Source: a virus (taxonomy: Duplodnaviria; Caudoviricetes). Taken from it: a DNA stretch of 24,749 nucleotides. Position numbers and translations under genes: made by a program. Positions within the stretch are counted from its first letter, which is position 1, and every line of letters begins with the position of its first letter. This document shows, piece by piece, positions 1 through 9,194 of this stretch. Location of the stretch: positions 1 through 24,749 of IMG/VR virus record IMGVR_UViG_3300030202_002100. One strand, given 5' to 3'. A model generated the notes under the pieces. That model did no database searches. It was given only the letters and a program-made list of their open reading frames with translations, and had not been told where the DNA came from.

Positions 1-575
1 TGACCTGCACTAGATCTTTCTACAAGATCCATAATAGTTTCTTCAAAATCTTTATCTATAGTTTCATTACCTTGTTTTCCAAAGTGAATATCTTGCAATG
101 ATAAAACAGCACATACATCTTTTTTACCTTTACTTTCAATTCTTTTAACTGGAGAAAATTTCTTAGGTTTCCAGTTTTCAAGTAATTGTTCTATATGAGC
201 TGTATCATCATTTTTAAGTTTTGTAATTAAAGCTGATATACGCCAGTGATCTGACATTTGTTTATTCCAATATTGAGACAACTTCCATTGTGTAGTATCA
301 ATATTTAATATTTGTATAATTTCTTCAGCAGATTTAGGTTCTGTATTTGAGATTCCAGTAATCTTTCCTTGACCTTTTTCAATGTCATATGATGATGTAC
401 AATCATCTGTAACATATCCCATGTCTTTTTCTTCTTTTTTCTTTTCTCTTCCTTCTGCATATATTTCTTTTTTTATTTTATCAAATTCCTCTTCTGTTAT
501 TCCTAATCTTTCTGCACAATACTCTGAATTTTTTTTCCATTTTAAAGCATTTTTTACTTTTTCTTTTAAACTCAT
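1..575 (-). CDS. Calcineurin-like metallophosphoesterase, 3' end truncated by window edge (missing from ORF track)
   Basis: Manual translation from ATG at 575: MSLKEKVKNALKWKKNSEYCAERLGITEEEF...KKDVCAVLSLQDIHFGKQGNETIDKDFEETIMDLVERSSAG, open to the edge. The hydrophobic strand + D-x-H-x-G (LSLQDIHFG) is metallophosphoesterase motif I; the later motifs lie outside the window. Confidence 0.75.
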   Translation of the reverse strand, partial: MSLKEKVKNALKWKKNSEYCAERLGITEEEFDKIKKEIYAEGREKKKEEKDMGYVTDDCTSSYDIEKGQGKITGISNTEPKSAEEIIQILNIDTTQWKLSQYWNKQMSDHWRISALITKLKNDDTAHIEQLLENWKPKKFSPVKRIESKGKKDVCAVLSLQDIHFGKQGNETIDKDFEETIMDLVERSSAG

Positions 576-623
576 TAGATAGCTATATTAATTAGTGTTG
601 CTAATATATAAAAAATTGTTAAT

Positions 624-658
624 AAAAAAAAGAGCCCCAGATGAATATCTAGGGCTCT
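624..658 (-). terminator. Rho-independent terminator ending the structural operon
   Basis: Minus strand AGAGCCCTAGAT-ATTC-ATCTGGGGCTCT (12-bp stem, one G-U) followed by a T-run, about 45 nt after the stop at 705. Confidence 0.85.
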
Positions 659-704
659 AGCGTATTTGGTAGAGTAAAACCAACAAAAAAACTCTACGTC
701 CTCG

Positions 705-1346
705 CTATGCTGGTATAGTTACAGTTAATATAACTGAACCATTTAAATAAACTTCTTCAGGTACACCAAATGTATTACCTGTAGTTTCTGTTGCTAATCT
801 AAAATTATATGTAGTACCTGGTAACAAAAGTATCATTGTACTATCTAGTGTAAATGTATTTGTTAGTAGAGGATTTATATTTCCAAAAGCATTTACTGTT
901 TGATAATCATTTGACCCTACCGGAGCATATTGTAATTTTATACCTGTAATTGATTGATCAAAATCATACCATATAAATTTAATAGTAGGATTAGCACCTG
1001 CTACTATATGATCAACATAAAAGTTTTTAACTTTATATTTATATGTAGCTGCATCTGCATGTGCTAAAGCAATTTTTTGTAAAAATTGATCTAACCTTTC
1101 TCCTCTGTGCATACATAAATCAACACCTTGTGGATTACCTTCTGGAGTTATAAAAGCTGCTTTAACACACCATTTATCTTCTTCATGACAATGTCTTACA
1201 CACTCACTACATGTAACACTTTCACAAGGTTCTGCAGGTAACTTGCAAGTAGAATCACCATATATTGCATTTGTAGGTATAGTGTAACTTGTCCCTTGAC
1301 AAGAACAAGAAGTAGATTGATTAGAAGCACATTTTTGACAAGCCAT
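705..1346 (-). CDS. Cys-rich putative virion protein with C-terminal FN3-like domain
   Basis: 213 aa; 10 Cys in the first 60 aa; C-terminal half has an FN3 pattern (TIKFIWYD...IKLQYAPVGS...LLPGTTYNFRL). Follows the 1345-aa gene after 18 nt. Confidence 0.6.
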   Translation of the reverse strand: MACQKCASNQSTSCSCQGTSYTIPTNAIYGDSTCKLPAEPCESVTCSECVRHCHEEDKWCVKAAFITPEGNPQGVDLCMHRGERLDQFLQKIALAHADAATYKYKVKNFYVDHIVAGANPTIKFIWYDFDQSITGIKLQYAPVGSNDYQTVNAFGNINPLLTNTFTLDSTMILLLPGTTYNFRLATETTGNTFGVPEEVYLNGSVILTVTIPA

Positions 1347-1364
1347 TTCTTTATTTTTTAATTA

Positions 1365-4300
1365 TTAACAATCTGCTACATATTTAATATTAACCCAATA
1401 TTTACCAGTAGTAGAACCATCTCTATCATACTGAGCAATTCTTCTAACTGAATTTTGAGAAGCTGCACCATGTTGTGCATAATAAGCACCATCAACTGGT
1501 TGAGCAGATTCAGCTCCTGCGTTTCCACCTGATATTGTTACGTATGCTGGAACAGTTGAATCAAATTGAATTCCAGTTGTATTATATAATGGCACACAAT
1601 TACTTGCTGTAATAGCAGCAGCTCCTGCTTTAGTACAATTTGTAGGATCACCAGAATCATTACCATAAGTTGAAACTATATCACCATTAAGAGTACCTGT
1701 CATAAGTTGTACAATATCACTTCCTGTAGGACATTTTGTATCTTTAGATGATATTCCCATACCTGAGCTATCAATAGCAGTTAAACGTTTTATTGCATCA
1801 CCTAAGAAATTTGCTTGATCACCTGCAGAGTATATATTAGAATCACTTTCTAAATAACTTTTGTCTATATAAGGTAATACTCTAAAACCATAATTATATA
1901 AACCTACTAGAGTATTTGACGCACCAACAGTTGCTCCATTATAAGGAACCATTTGTGATGAATTTGGACCAATATAATCATTTAAATTAATTGGATTTTT
2001 AACACTTCCTGTAGGAAAACCTTTTAATCCTGTTTCTGAAAGAACAGTTCCTGTTAATGCACCTGCTGTTTGTAAAACTGCTGCTGCACTTTTATCTTGT
2101 GATCCTGATACAATTGGAATAATAGTTTGTTTTAAATCAAATTTCTTATAAGTACAACCATTAGAAGTACCCCATGAAGTTCTAGTTGTACCATTAACAT
2201 ATAGTATATCTAATAATTCATCATAATTTTTTTGATACTTAGATGTAGGCTGTACTCCCCATCCTTTTGTTAAATCTGCTCCTCCATAATTTCCTTTTCC
2301 ATTAACATCACCAATAATAGAAATTATATAAACACTACTTGGAATTCCTAATGAAGATCCAGCAGTCCAATATGAAGGTAAACTTTTTACAGATGAATAT
2401 CCACTAGCTATAGTTACACTACCTGTGCCACCAGCTTTCATATCTACCATTGCTTTAGTATGTTCTATATAATCACCTGTGTTGCTTCCAGCTATAGGAA
2501 CATAATTAATAGTTCCTGTCCATCCAGAACAAACGCTTTGGAATGTAGTTTTAACCCTATCCATTTCAGTTTTAATAACACTTGCTTCATCTTCACTTAC
2601 TACATTAGTATCTATAAATACTGTAATATCAGTTGTAGCATTTAATATAGTTGAAGCATCATTTATTGGTATAGTAACAGTATTAACAGTTCTATTTCCA
2701 GGATTACCAACTGTACAATCTGTTTCTGCATATACATCAATAGAATCAATACCTGCTGTAGGTCTTGTACCACTTGGTGTATATATCAATTGAACTGTAC
2801 CCCCCAAAGAAGAATCATATGAAGTATCAGTAGGTAATAAAAATTTAGTTGTTCCTCCTAAAGTAGAACTAGCATTCCATTTTATTGGAGTTGTTTGAGT
2901 TGAATACCCTACTATATCAATAGGTATTCTTAAATCTTTTCCTGAACATACGTACCATGAATGTTTTTCAGGAGAATATGCCTCTGAAGTAGAAGCTGTT
3001 GAAGTATCTCCATATTTAGTTCTAACAAAAGAAGGTTTACAATCACAACAAAATACCACTTGATCTATAGATTTATTTGCTGTGTTTGCTAATGCATATA
3101 TGTAATATGTTGTATTACCATTAGCTCTTAGTGCATCTACATAGTGCCAACCATTTTCATTAGAATTCATTAAAGTAGTCATACCAGTTGCAGGATATGC
3201 AACATTACCACAATTAATACTTGTTGTAGGATTATCACTTATAGATGTAGAATTAAGAACAAATTCTCCTTCTGTACCTGTTTCAGTACTATCAGTTCCT
3301 TTATACACACATGGAGCTCCTGTAGTAGAATCAAATGCAACAATCCATGCTGTAGTTGTAGTACCACTTTTATATGTAGCAACAGTTGCTTTTGTAGCTG
3401 TTATTTCACTATATGTTGATTTATATTCTGTTGATGTATAAGCATATGATGTACACGAAGGAGCAGAAGTTTTAAATGTTGTCTTATCACAAGTAGAAGT
3501 ATTTCCTGCTAAACTAGTTGTTTTAACATATATATCATAACTAGTTCCTGCAATTAAAGCAGAAGCTTTTCCTGTTGTACTTGTAGTAGAAGGTTGTGTA
3601 ATAGTTTGTTTAGAAATTACAGATCCTGCTTGATCTTCAACAATAACTTCATATGTAGATTTAGATGTAGTACTTAAACCAGTTACAGAATATGTAATAG
3701 CTGTTTCTCCTGTAGTTGATAAAGTAACCGTAGGACAAGCAGATGTATTTTCTAAAGTAAAATCCATTATACGTTCACATAAATTAGATCCATCTGTAAA
3801 TGCAAATTCTATTTTAACTTTAAAATTACTAGTTATATCTAAACCTGATGTAGCTAAATTACCAATACTAAAACCATTAGCACTATTTGATAAATTGCTA
3901 ATATTAGCAAATTGAACAATACTATTAAAAGAAGAATCTTCTACAGTAATTTTTGTTCCTTTTGTTTTATTAGTATCATAAAAACCTTCAGGTATTGTCA
4001 TTGATGTAAACAAAAGTTTAATTGCACTTATATTACCTGTACCATCTTTTGTTAAACTTAATTTAGGATCATATACAAAACCTGAACATCCTGTAGGAGT
4101 AACACTAGTCTGTAATGTTTCTACTGCAGTTCTCATATCACATATTGTTTTCCATGCGTTAGAAAATGCTTGTGCCAAGGTAGAAGGAGAATTATTCCAT
4201 CCAGGAAGTGTTGACATTACTCCATTACCACTTAAACGGTTTGATGCAGATAAATTAATACATTGTTGTCTAGAAGCTTTTAAAACGTCAGAGCTAGATC

Positions 4301-5402
4301 CTATTGCTTTTCTTAAGTTACCATAATCTATTTCTAAAGCTGATAATAACTCATGCATTTCTACACGTTGTCCAACTTTATTTGTAACAAATCTAGCTAA
4401 AATTTTAGGAGGTGTGTATACAGCAGCACCTTTTCTTTCAACTGCTACTATTCTATTTTTTAATTGTGTTATAACAGGTAAGTTTCTGACTGTTCTATCA
4501 TTTAATGGAGCTGTACTTCCAGTTCCACCAAGTATACCACCACCAGGTCCATCAGTTCTTCTAGCATCTGCACAATCACCTTGTAATAAACAACAAAATT
4601 TTTGAGTTACAAAATCAACCCATCCTGAATATTGATATATTTGTAATGATGAAGTACCATCTACATTTAATTCATATATTTCCTCTGTATATGCATTATT
4701 ATTTGGTGTTGTTCCATCCGCAAATGTAGCTTGAAGAAGCATAACACTACCTTCACCCATTGTTTGTCCAGTTCCATTATCAATAAGTGTACCTGTATTA
4801 TTAAATAAACATTTAGGAAGTGTAACCTTTATATTGCCTGGAATTCCCGCATCACCCGGAGCACCTGGAGAACCTGGAGAACCTGGAGCACCTGGATTAC
4901 CTGGTATAGTCTCAATAGTGCTTTGTACTGTAGTATCTCCATTTGCATATGTAATAGTAAATGTACCATCACCATTATCACTAATATTTGTAATAATACT
5001 TGATTGCCCTGGATCACCTTCTGGACCTTGAGGTCCTGTTGGACCTTGTAGTAATTCAATATCATCAACATCTTCAATTAATATATTTACTACATTTTGT
5101 AAATTTGTAATGTTATTTAAATTATTACATGATGTATTAATCATGTCTTGAAGAAGGTCCTGTAGATTAGTGGCTGGAGGATCATCTAAAACACAACTTT
5201 GAACTATGTTACTTATATCAAAACTAGCCTCTAAACCTGTATCAATTAATGTACAAATCAATTCAGCCATTTTTGCAATAACAATACTAATAGTATCACC
5301 ATTGCAAACATTAATACAATTTAAATCTGGACCTTGCCATACAACACAATTAGATGATATAGGTTTACATCCTTGTGTATTTCCAGTACTAAGTGGTAAC
5401 AT
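1365..5402 (-). CDS. Large multidomain virion fibre/decoration protein (Cys-rich N-domain, collagen-like, coiled coil, FN3-like, vWA-like)
   Basis: 1345 aa ORF; N-term CKPISSNCVVWQGPDLNCINVC; two Gly-X-Y tracts; DNGDGTFTITY hairpin; FN3-like LIAGTSYDIYV; Thr/Ser/Gly-rich beta regions; located in the structural module. Confidence 0.65.
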   Translation of the reverse strand: MLPLSTGNTQGCKPISSNCVVWQGPDLNCINVCNGDTISIVIAKMAELICTLIDTGLEASFDISNIVQSCVLDDPPATNLQDLLQDMINTSCNNLNNITNLQNVVNILIEDVDDIELLQGPTGPQGPEGDPGQSSIITNISDNGDGTFTITYANGDTTVQSTIETIPGNPGAPGSPGSPGAPGDAGIPGNIKVTLPKCLFNNTGTLIDNGTGQTMGEGSVMLLQATFADGTTPNNNAYTEEIYELNVDGTSSLQIYQYSGWVDFVTQKFCCLLQGDCADARRTDGPGGGILGGTGSTAPLNDRTVRNLPVITQLKNRIVAVERKGAAVYTPPKILARFVTNKVGQRVEMHELLSALEIDYGNLRKAIGSSSDVLKASRQQCINLSASNRLSGNGVMSTLPGWNNSPSTLAQAFSNAWKTICDMRTAVETLQTSVTPTGCSGFVYDPKLSLTKDGTGNISAIKLLFTSMTIPEGFYDTNKTKGTKITVEDSSFNSIVQFANISNLSNSANGFSIGNLATSGLDITSNFKVKIEFAFTDGSNLCERIMDFTLENTSACPTVTLSTTGETAITYSVTGLSTTSKSTYEVIVEDQAGSVISKQTITQPSTTSTTGKASALIAGTSYDIYVKTTSLAGNTSTCDKTTFKTSAPSCTSYAYTSTEYKSTYSEITATKATVATYKSGTTTTAWIVAFDSTTGAPCVYKGTDSTETGTEGEFVLNSTSISDNPTTSINCGNVAYPATGMTTLMNSNENGWHYVDALRANGNTTYYIYALANTANKSIDQVVFCCDCKPSFVRTKYGDTSTASTSEAYSPEKHSWYVCSGKDLRIPIDIVGYSTQTTPIKWNASSTLGGTTKFLLPTDTSYDSSLGGTVQLIYTPSGTRPTAGIDSIDVYAETDCTVGNPGNRTVNTVTIPINDASTILNATTDITVFIDTNVVSEDEASVIKTEMDRVKTTFQSVCSGWTGTINYVPIAGSNTGDYIEHTKAMVDMKAGGTGSVTIASGYSSVKSLPSYWTAGSSLGIPSSVYIISIIGDVNGKGNYGGADLTKGWGVQPTSKYQKNYDELLDILYVNGTTRTSWGTSNGCTYKKFDLKQTIIPIVSGSQDKSAAAVLQTAGALTGTVLSETGLKGFPTGSVKNPINLNDYIGPNSSQMVPYNGATVGASNTLVGLYNYGFRVLPYIDKSYLESDSNIYSAGDQANFLGDAIKRLTAIDSSGMGISSKDTKCPTGSDIVQLMTGTLNGDIVSTYGNDSGDPTNCTKAGAAAITASNCVPLYNTTGIQFDSTVPAYVTISGGNAGAESAQPVDGAYYAQHGAASQNSVRRIAQYDRDGSTTGKYWVNIKYVADC
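4836..5046 (-). repeat. Collagen-like Gly-X-Y repeats (two tracts)
   Basis: GPTGPQGPEGDPGQS (~5000-5046) and GNPGAPGSPGSPGAPGDAGIPGN (~4836-4905); 9-bp periodic acctggaga/acctggagc on the + strand. Confidence 0.9.
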
Positions 5403-5443
5403 AAATTTCTTTTTTTAAAAATCTCTTGAGATTACTATATATA

Positions 5444-5456
5444 ATAATATACAAAA
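5444..5456 (-). promoter_or_regulatory. Putative phage late promoter motif TTTTGTATATTAT
   Basis: Intergenic, about 40 nt upstream of ATG 5402; identical 13-mer at 7755-7767. Confidence 0.6.
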
Positions 5457-5475
5457 GATTTAGTTACTAACCAAG

Positions 5476-7173
5476 TTATTCAGATTCTGAAATATTTATA
5501 CAATCAGCTTTATTAATTGTAAGATCTACTATTTCATCATCTGTAACTGTAATTTTAATTTCTTTTTGAGTGCAAGCACCCGTTGTTTCAAAACAATAAC
5601 ATATATTTACTGTATGTTTTTTATTGACAGAAGCGTTTGGTATAGTTGTTTTTAATACACCAAATTGATCTGTTTTACCTATACTTCCTCCATCTAATAT
5701 TATTTCATATCCTTCTATATAATCACCATTTTGATCACAAACTTTAAATACTATATATTCATCATCAGTTTTACAAGTAAATGTTATAACTGTTTCAGTA
5801 ATAGTTTCGCCTCCTTCTGTAGTAGTAATAACTTCTTCTTCTGTAGTTTCAATACCTATAAAGGTACATTTGTTATCTAATACACCTGGCTCAATAATAT
5901 TACCTTGTAAACTAATATTATCTGCTGTAGTAATTGTACCAATACCATAATTAAAAGAACAACTTGCTTTTTGAAATTGTTCTTGTACAATATTTTGTTC
6001 AAATAAAAATGGTGTTTCAAACGCGAGTGTTTCTGTTCCTACAAAATTTCCAGAAATATTTTCATTTGCATAATAATAAACATCAGGATCTGGAAAATTA
6101 AAATTTAAACCTAAACCTCCTATTAATGGATCTATATAATAAACATCTAAACCATCTTTTACAACTATTCTCATTTGAACAGTATAATTATTTGTTCCGT
6201 AAAATAAACCTCCATTAAGATTATAAAAATCATTTGCTGTTCCTAATGATACTTGAAATGATTTTGTATTACCAAAAAATGTAGGTACTATCTCTTGATC
6301 TACATCATTTTTAAACATTGTTTCTCCATTAACTAATATTTCTTGAGATGTTCCGTTTCCTATAACATCTAAACCTGGATCTTTATATCTATATGCAGCT
6401 GTGTAAATTGAATCTCCATTATTTGATATTCCTGGAATTAAAGTAAATTGAGAAACTGGAACATAATAAGTTGGTGCAGATAAATCAGGTGGAAAATTCA
6501 TAGTATCTGTAACTAAAGGTTCAGATAAAGCATTTATTGGAATATTAGAATCATTAATAAAATATGCAAACATTGCTTGTGCAGATATTGGTGCATAAAA
6601 TGTAATTTCAGCATTTCCAGAATTATTAGGTATATTTAATAAATCAAAAGGATTTAACTTAACAGCAGCATTTGCTACCATTTGTTGTGTTAATAATCCA
6701 TTATTTTGTTCTTCACCAGTTATACTATCAAGTTGATTGCTAGTACCTACATTAAATAATTGAGCTTCTGTAGGTTTAAATATTTGAGGATATACACAAT
6801 TATTTTGACATTCATCTACAACATAAATAGGTTCACCTGGAACTATTATAGTTGTTGTATATGTTACAATAGGAGTTATAGTAGTTATTGTTTCAGTATT
6901 AGATTCAAATAAATCTGGATTATTTTCTGGTATAGGAAAAAAATCTTTGTATTCATAATCTATTTTAGAATATGTTTCTATTTCATTATCATACCAATCA
7001 CATATTTCCTTTTTAATTTTAAACTTCTCCATCTGATCTAATGAACAACAAGAAGCTAAACCAAATCTAATTGCTCTAAATTCTTTATATATATAATCAG
7101 CAAACTTTTTCTCAATATTTATTCTTTGAGTTAAGTCTTTAGAATTATTATTATATTCTTTTGTATAAGCCAT
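5476..7173 (-). CDS. Putative structural protein with large stalked internal domain and C-terminal Ig/transthyretin-like domain
   Basis: Likely start MAYTKEY at 7173 (2 nt after the upstream TAA, AATT-ATG context) rather than 7182. Helical N-term (FADYIYKEFRAIRFGLASCC); C-term IVFKVCDQNGDYIEGYEIILDGGSIGKTDQFG resembles a carboxypeptidase-regulatory-like beta sandwich. Confidence 0.55.
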   Translation of the reverse strand: MAYTKEYNNNSKDLTQRINIEKKFADYIYKEFRAIRFGLASCCSLDQMEKFKIKKEICDWYDNEIETYSKIDYEYKDFFPIPENNPDLFESNTETITTITPIVTYTTTIIVPGEPIYVVDECQNNCVYPQIFKPTEAQLFNVGTSNQLDSITGEEQNNGLLTQQMVANAAVKLNPFDLLNIPNNSGNAEITFYAPISAQAMFAYFINDSNIPINALSEPLVTDTMNFPPDLSAPTYYVPVSQFTLIPGISNNGDSIYTAAYRYKDPGLDVIGNGTSQEILVNGETMFKNDVDQEIVPTFFGNTKSFQVSLGTANDFYNLNGGLFYGTNNYTVQMRIVVKDGLDVYYIDPLIGGLGLNFNFPDPDVYYYANENISGNFVGTETLAFETPFLFEQNIVQEQFQKASCSFNYGIGTITTADNISLQGNIIEPGVLDNKCTFIGIETTEEEVITTTEGGETITETVITFTCKTDDEYIVFKVCDQNGDYIEGYEIILDGGSIGKTDQFGVLKTTIPNASVNKKHTVNICYCFETTGACTQKEIKITVTDDEIVDLTINKADCINISESE

Positions 7174-7175
7174 AA

Positions 7176-7727
7176 TTAACAAGAAGAATTATCACAAGTT
7201 ATTTTTAATAATCTTTGATATGCAAAATTATATAGTTCTAATCCTTCCTCTAAATTATTAGCATATTCTACTTTAGCTTTTGCAGCATCTACCATTGTTC
7301 TAATAAATCTCATATCACTTAATAATTTCTTTTTAGAAAAAGTAGGTTCACAAGGTGTAATATCTAATTCACATAATTTTTCATGATACATCTTAAGTAT
7401 TTCTGTAACTCTTAAATAATGATACTGTACAAAAACTTTTTCATGAGGTTGAACTCTATAACCTATTGTATAAACACCATCTGGAAAAGGTGATGTACTT
7501 TGATCACAATTATATGTTTGCAAACCTAAAGCACATGGGGTAAGGTTTAAATCAAATCCTGGTTGTACCTCAATCATATAAGGCGCATTAAAACCAGGAG
7601 GTGTAATTAATAATTCAGGACATTCTATAGGCAAATTTTCTGCATACTGACTTGTATCTTTTACACTAAAAATGTCACAATTTGTAACGGAGGGTATCTC
7701 CAGACTTAATATATGCTTCGCTGCCAT
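7176..7727 (-). CDS. Conserved crAss-like structural protein (tail/ring-associated, putative)
   Basis: 183 aa; beta-rich N-half (FPDGVYTIGYRV), helical C-half, Cys-rich; lies after the auxiliary capsid-like gene. Confidence 0.5.
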   Translation of the reverse strand: MAAKHILSLEIPSVTNCDIFSVKDTSQYAENLPIECPELLITPPGFNAPYMIEVQPGFDLNLTPCALGLQTYNCDQSTSPFPDGVYTIGYRVQPHEKVFVQYHYLRVTEILKMYHEKLCELDITPCEPTFSKKKLLSDMRFIRTMVDAAKAKVEYANNLEEGLELYNFAYQRLLKITCDNSSC

Positions 7728-7754
7728 AGGATTAATTTAATATAGTACTCATAA

Positions 7755-7767
7755 ATAATATACAAAA
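7755..7767 (-). promoter_or_regulatory. Putative phage late promoter motif TTTTGTATATTAT
   Basis: Between the terminator (7786-7817) and ATG 7727, where a restart promoter would be needed; identical to 5444-5456. Confidence 0.6.
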
Positions 7768-7785
7768 AATGAATAGTATATAAAA

Positions 7786-7817
7786 ATAAAAAGGGCAGGA
7801 ATAATCCCGCCCTTTTA
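7786..7817 (-). terminator. Rho-independent terminator
   Basis: Minus strand AAAAGGGCGGGA-TTAT-TCCTGCCCTTTTT then ATTTTT; about 20 nt after the stop at 7839. Confidence 0.85.
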
Positions 7818-7838
7818 TAAAATCTAATCAGTAAATGA

Positions 7839-9089
7839 TTATGGTTGAGAATCAACTGAGTTAAGATCTGTTACTCCAATACCAGCCCATGCAGCTAATG
7901 CAGTCCATAAAGTAGTTATGTCAGCATCTGCTCCAGCACCATCTCTAGTAACAACTTTCAACATGTATTGATCATTATCAAATGTTCCAGAAGGATTATT
8001 AAACCTTGGTACGTGATGTTGTACGTAAAAAGCATTAAAATCATTTTGAGTTCTATCAATAAGAGTAAATAAATCATCTCCTTGTTCTATCTCTCTCATT
8101 CTAGAAGCATTTTTACTTCCTACTGGAAAATGAAATTGTCTATATGATTCAGATAAAATCATCTCACGTAAAACTGTTTCACCAGATCCAATTAATTGTT
8201 GTCCATTTGCAGTATGTGCAAAAGTTCCACAAGTAACACAAACATCACCTTGCTCATCTAGTACATCAGCATTAGTAATAATGATTGGCTCCATTTCATG
8301 ATAATCTCTAGGATCAAATGAACAGTTACCAAATGTAGTACTACTAAATGCAGCAGTTAAAACTAACTGACCTTGGTTAGAAGAAGTAACTGAACTTAAT
8401 GCAGAACCACTATTGTAACCAGTTACAAAAGAACCAGCTGATGCAGTTACAGCACTAAATGAACTACCACCATCTGTTGATGTATTTAATGTAGCTGTAA
8501 TAAATTGTTTCCAAAATGTATCATCATTAATTTCATCTGCAATATTAGCTAATACCCAAGTTGGATCTTGATAAGACTCACCTGTATTACAACATAAATT
8601 ATTAGCAGAAAATATTTTATACATATTTCTATCCATAAATCTAAGTGCTGGTGATCCTTTAAGATCAACTCGTATCATACCTAATGACCCACATGGAAAG
8701 CAGTTGTATTGTGCCGTTAATGTAACAGCATCATTTACTGCAGCTTGTGAATGCATTGTTCCAACAAAGTTTGTATATCTTGGATTTAAAACTTTACTTT
8801 TAATAGTTTCTTGATATCCACCCATTGATGGGTTATTCCCTACAGTATCTGAACCATAAGGGCTTGCCTGTGCAATGTAAAACAAACCAGGTACAGCAGC
8901 ATTATGTGCAGCTAATGAACCTGTTGCTAAACTTAAATTTGTATTAGGATCAAATAATCCTAATTTTCCTGTACTCCCTGTAGGAGCAATACTTGTATCA
9001 GATAAATCTGTTGTAGATTGACCTGCTGCTGTGACCAGATCACTGGGCATAGCAAACACTTTTTTAAAAGCGTTATTAAATAAACTCAT
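7839..9089 (-). CDS. Putative auxiliary capsid (cement) protein
   Basis: 416 aa, Ala/Gly/Ser/Thr-rich, with its own promoter motif and terminator (consistent with high copy number); third gene downstream of MCP, as in crAss-like capsid modules; C-term YVQHHVPRFNNPSGTFDNDQY. Confidence 0.6.
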   Translation of the reverse strand: MSLFNNAFKKVFAMPSDLVTAAGQSTTDLSDTSIAPTGSTGKLGLFDPNTNLSLATGSLAAHNAAVPGLFYIAQASPYGSDTVGNNPSMGGYQETIKSKVLNPRYTNFVGTMHSQAAVNDAVTLTAQYNCFPCGSLGMIRVDLKGSPALRFMDRNMYKIFSANNLCCNTGESYQDPTWVLANIADEINDDTFWKQFITATLNTSTDGGSSFSAVTASAGSFVTGYNSGSALSSVTSSNQGQLVLTAAFSSTTFGNCSFDPRDYHEMEPIIITNADVLDEQGDVCVTCGTFAHTANGQQLIGSGETVLREMILSESYRQFHFPVGSKNASRMREIEQGDDLFTLIDRTQNDFNAFYVQHHVPRFNNPSGTFDNDQYMLKVVTRDGAGADADITTLWTALAAWAGIGVTDLNSVDSQP

Positions 9090-9159
9090 AATTAATTATT
9101 TTATAAAATAAACTTGAGGTTCTTAAAGAACCCATAAACAAACAAGAAGGTTTTATATA

Positions 9160-9172
9160 ATAATATAAAGAA
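9160..9172 (-). promoter_or_regulatory. Variant late promoter motif TTCTTTATATTAT
   Basis: Shares the TATATTAT core and T-rich 5' flank; intergenic, upstream of ATG 9089. Confidence 0.45.
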
Positions 9173-9194
9173 AATAAATAATATTTCCTATATA

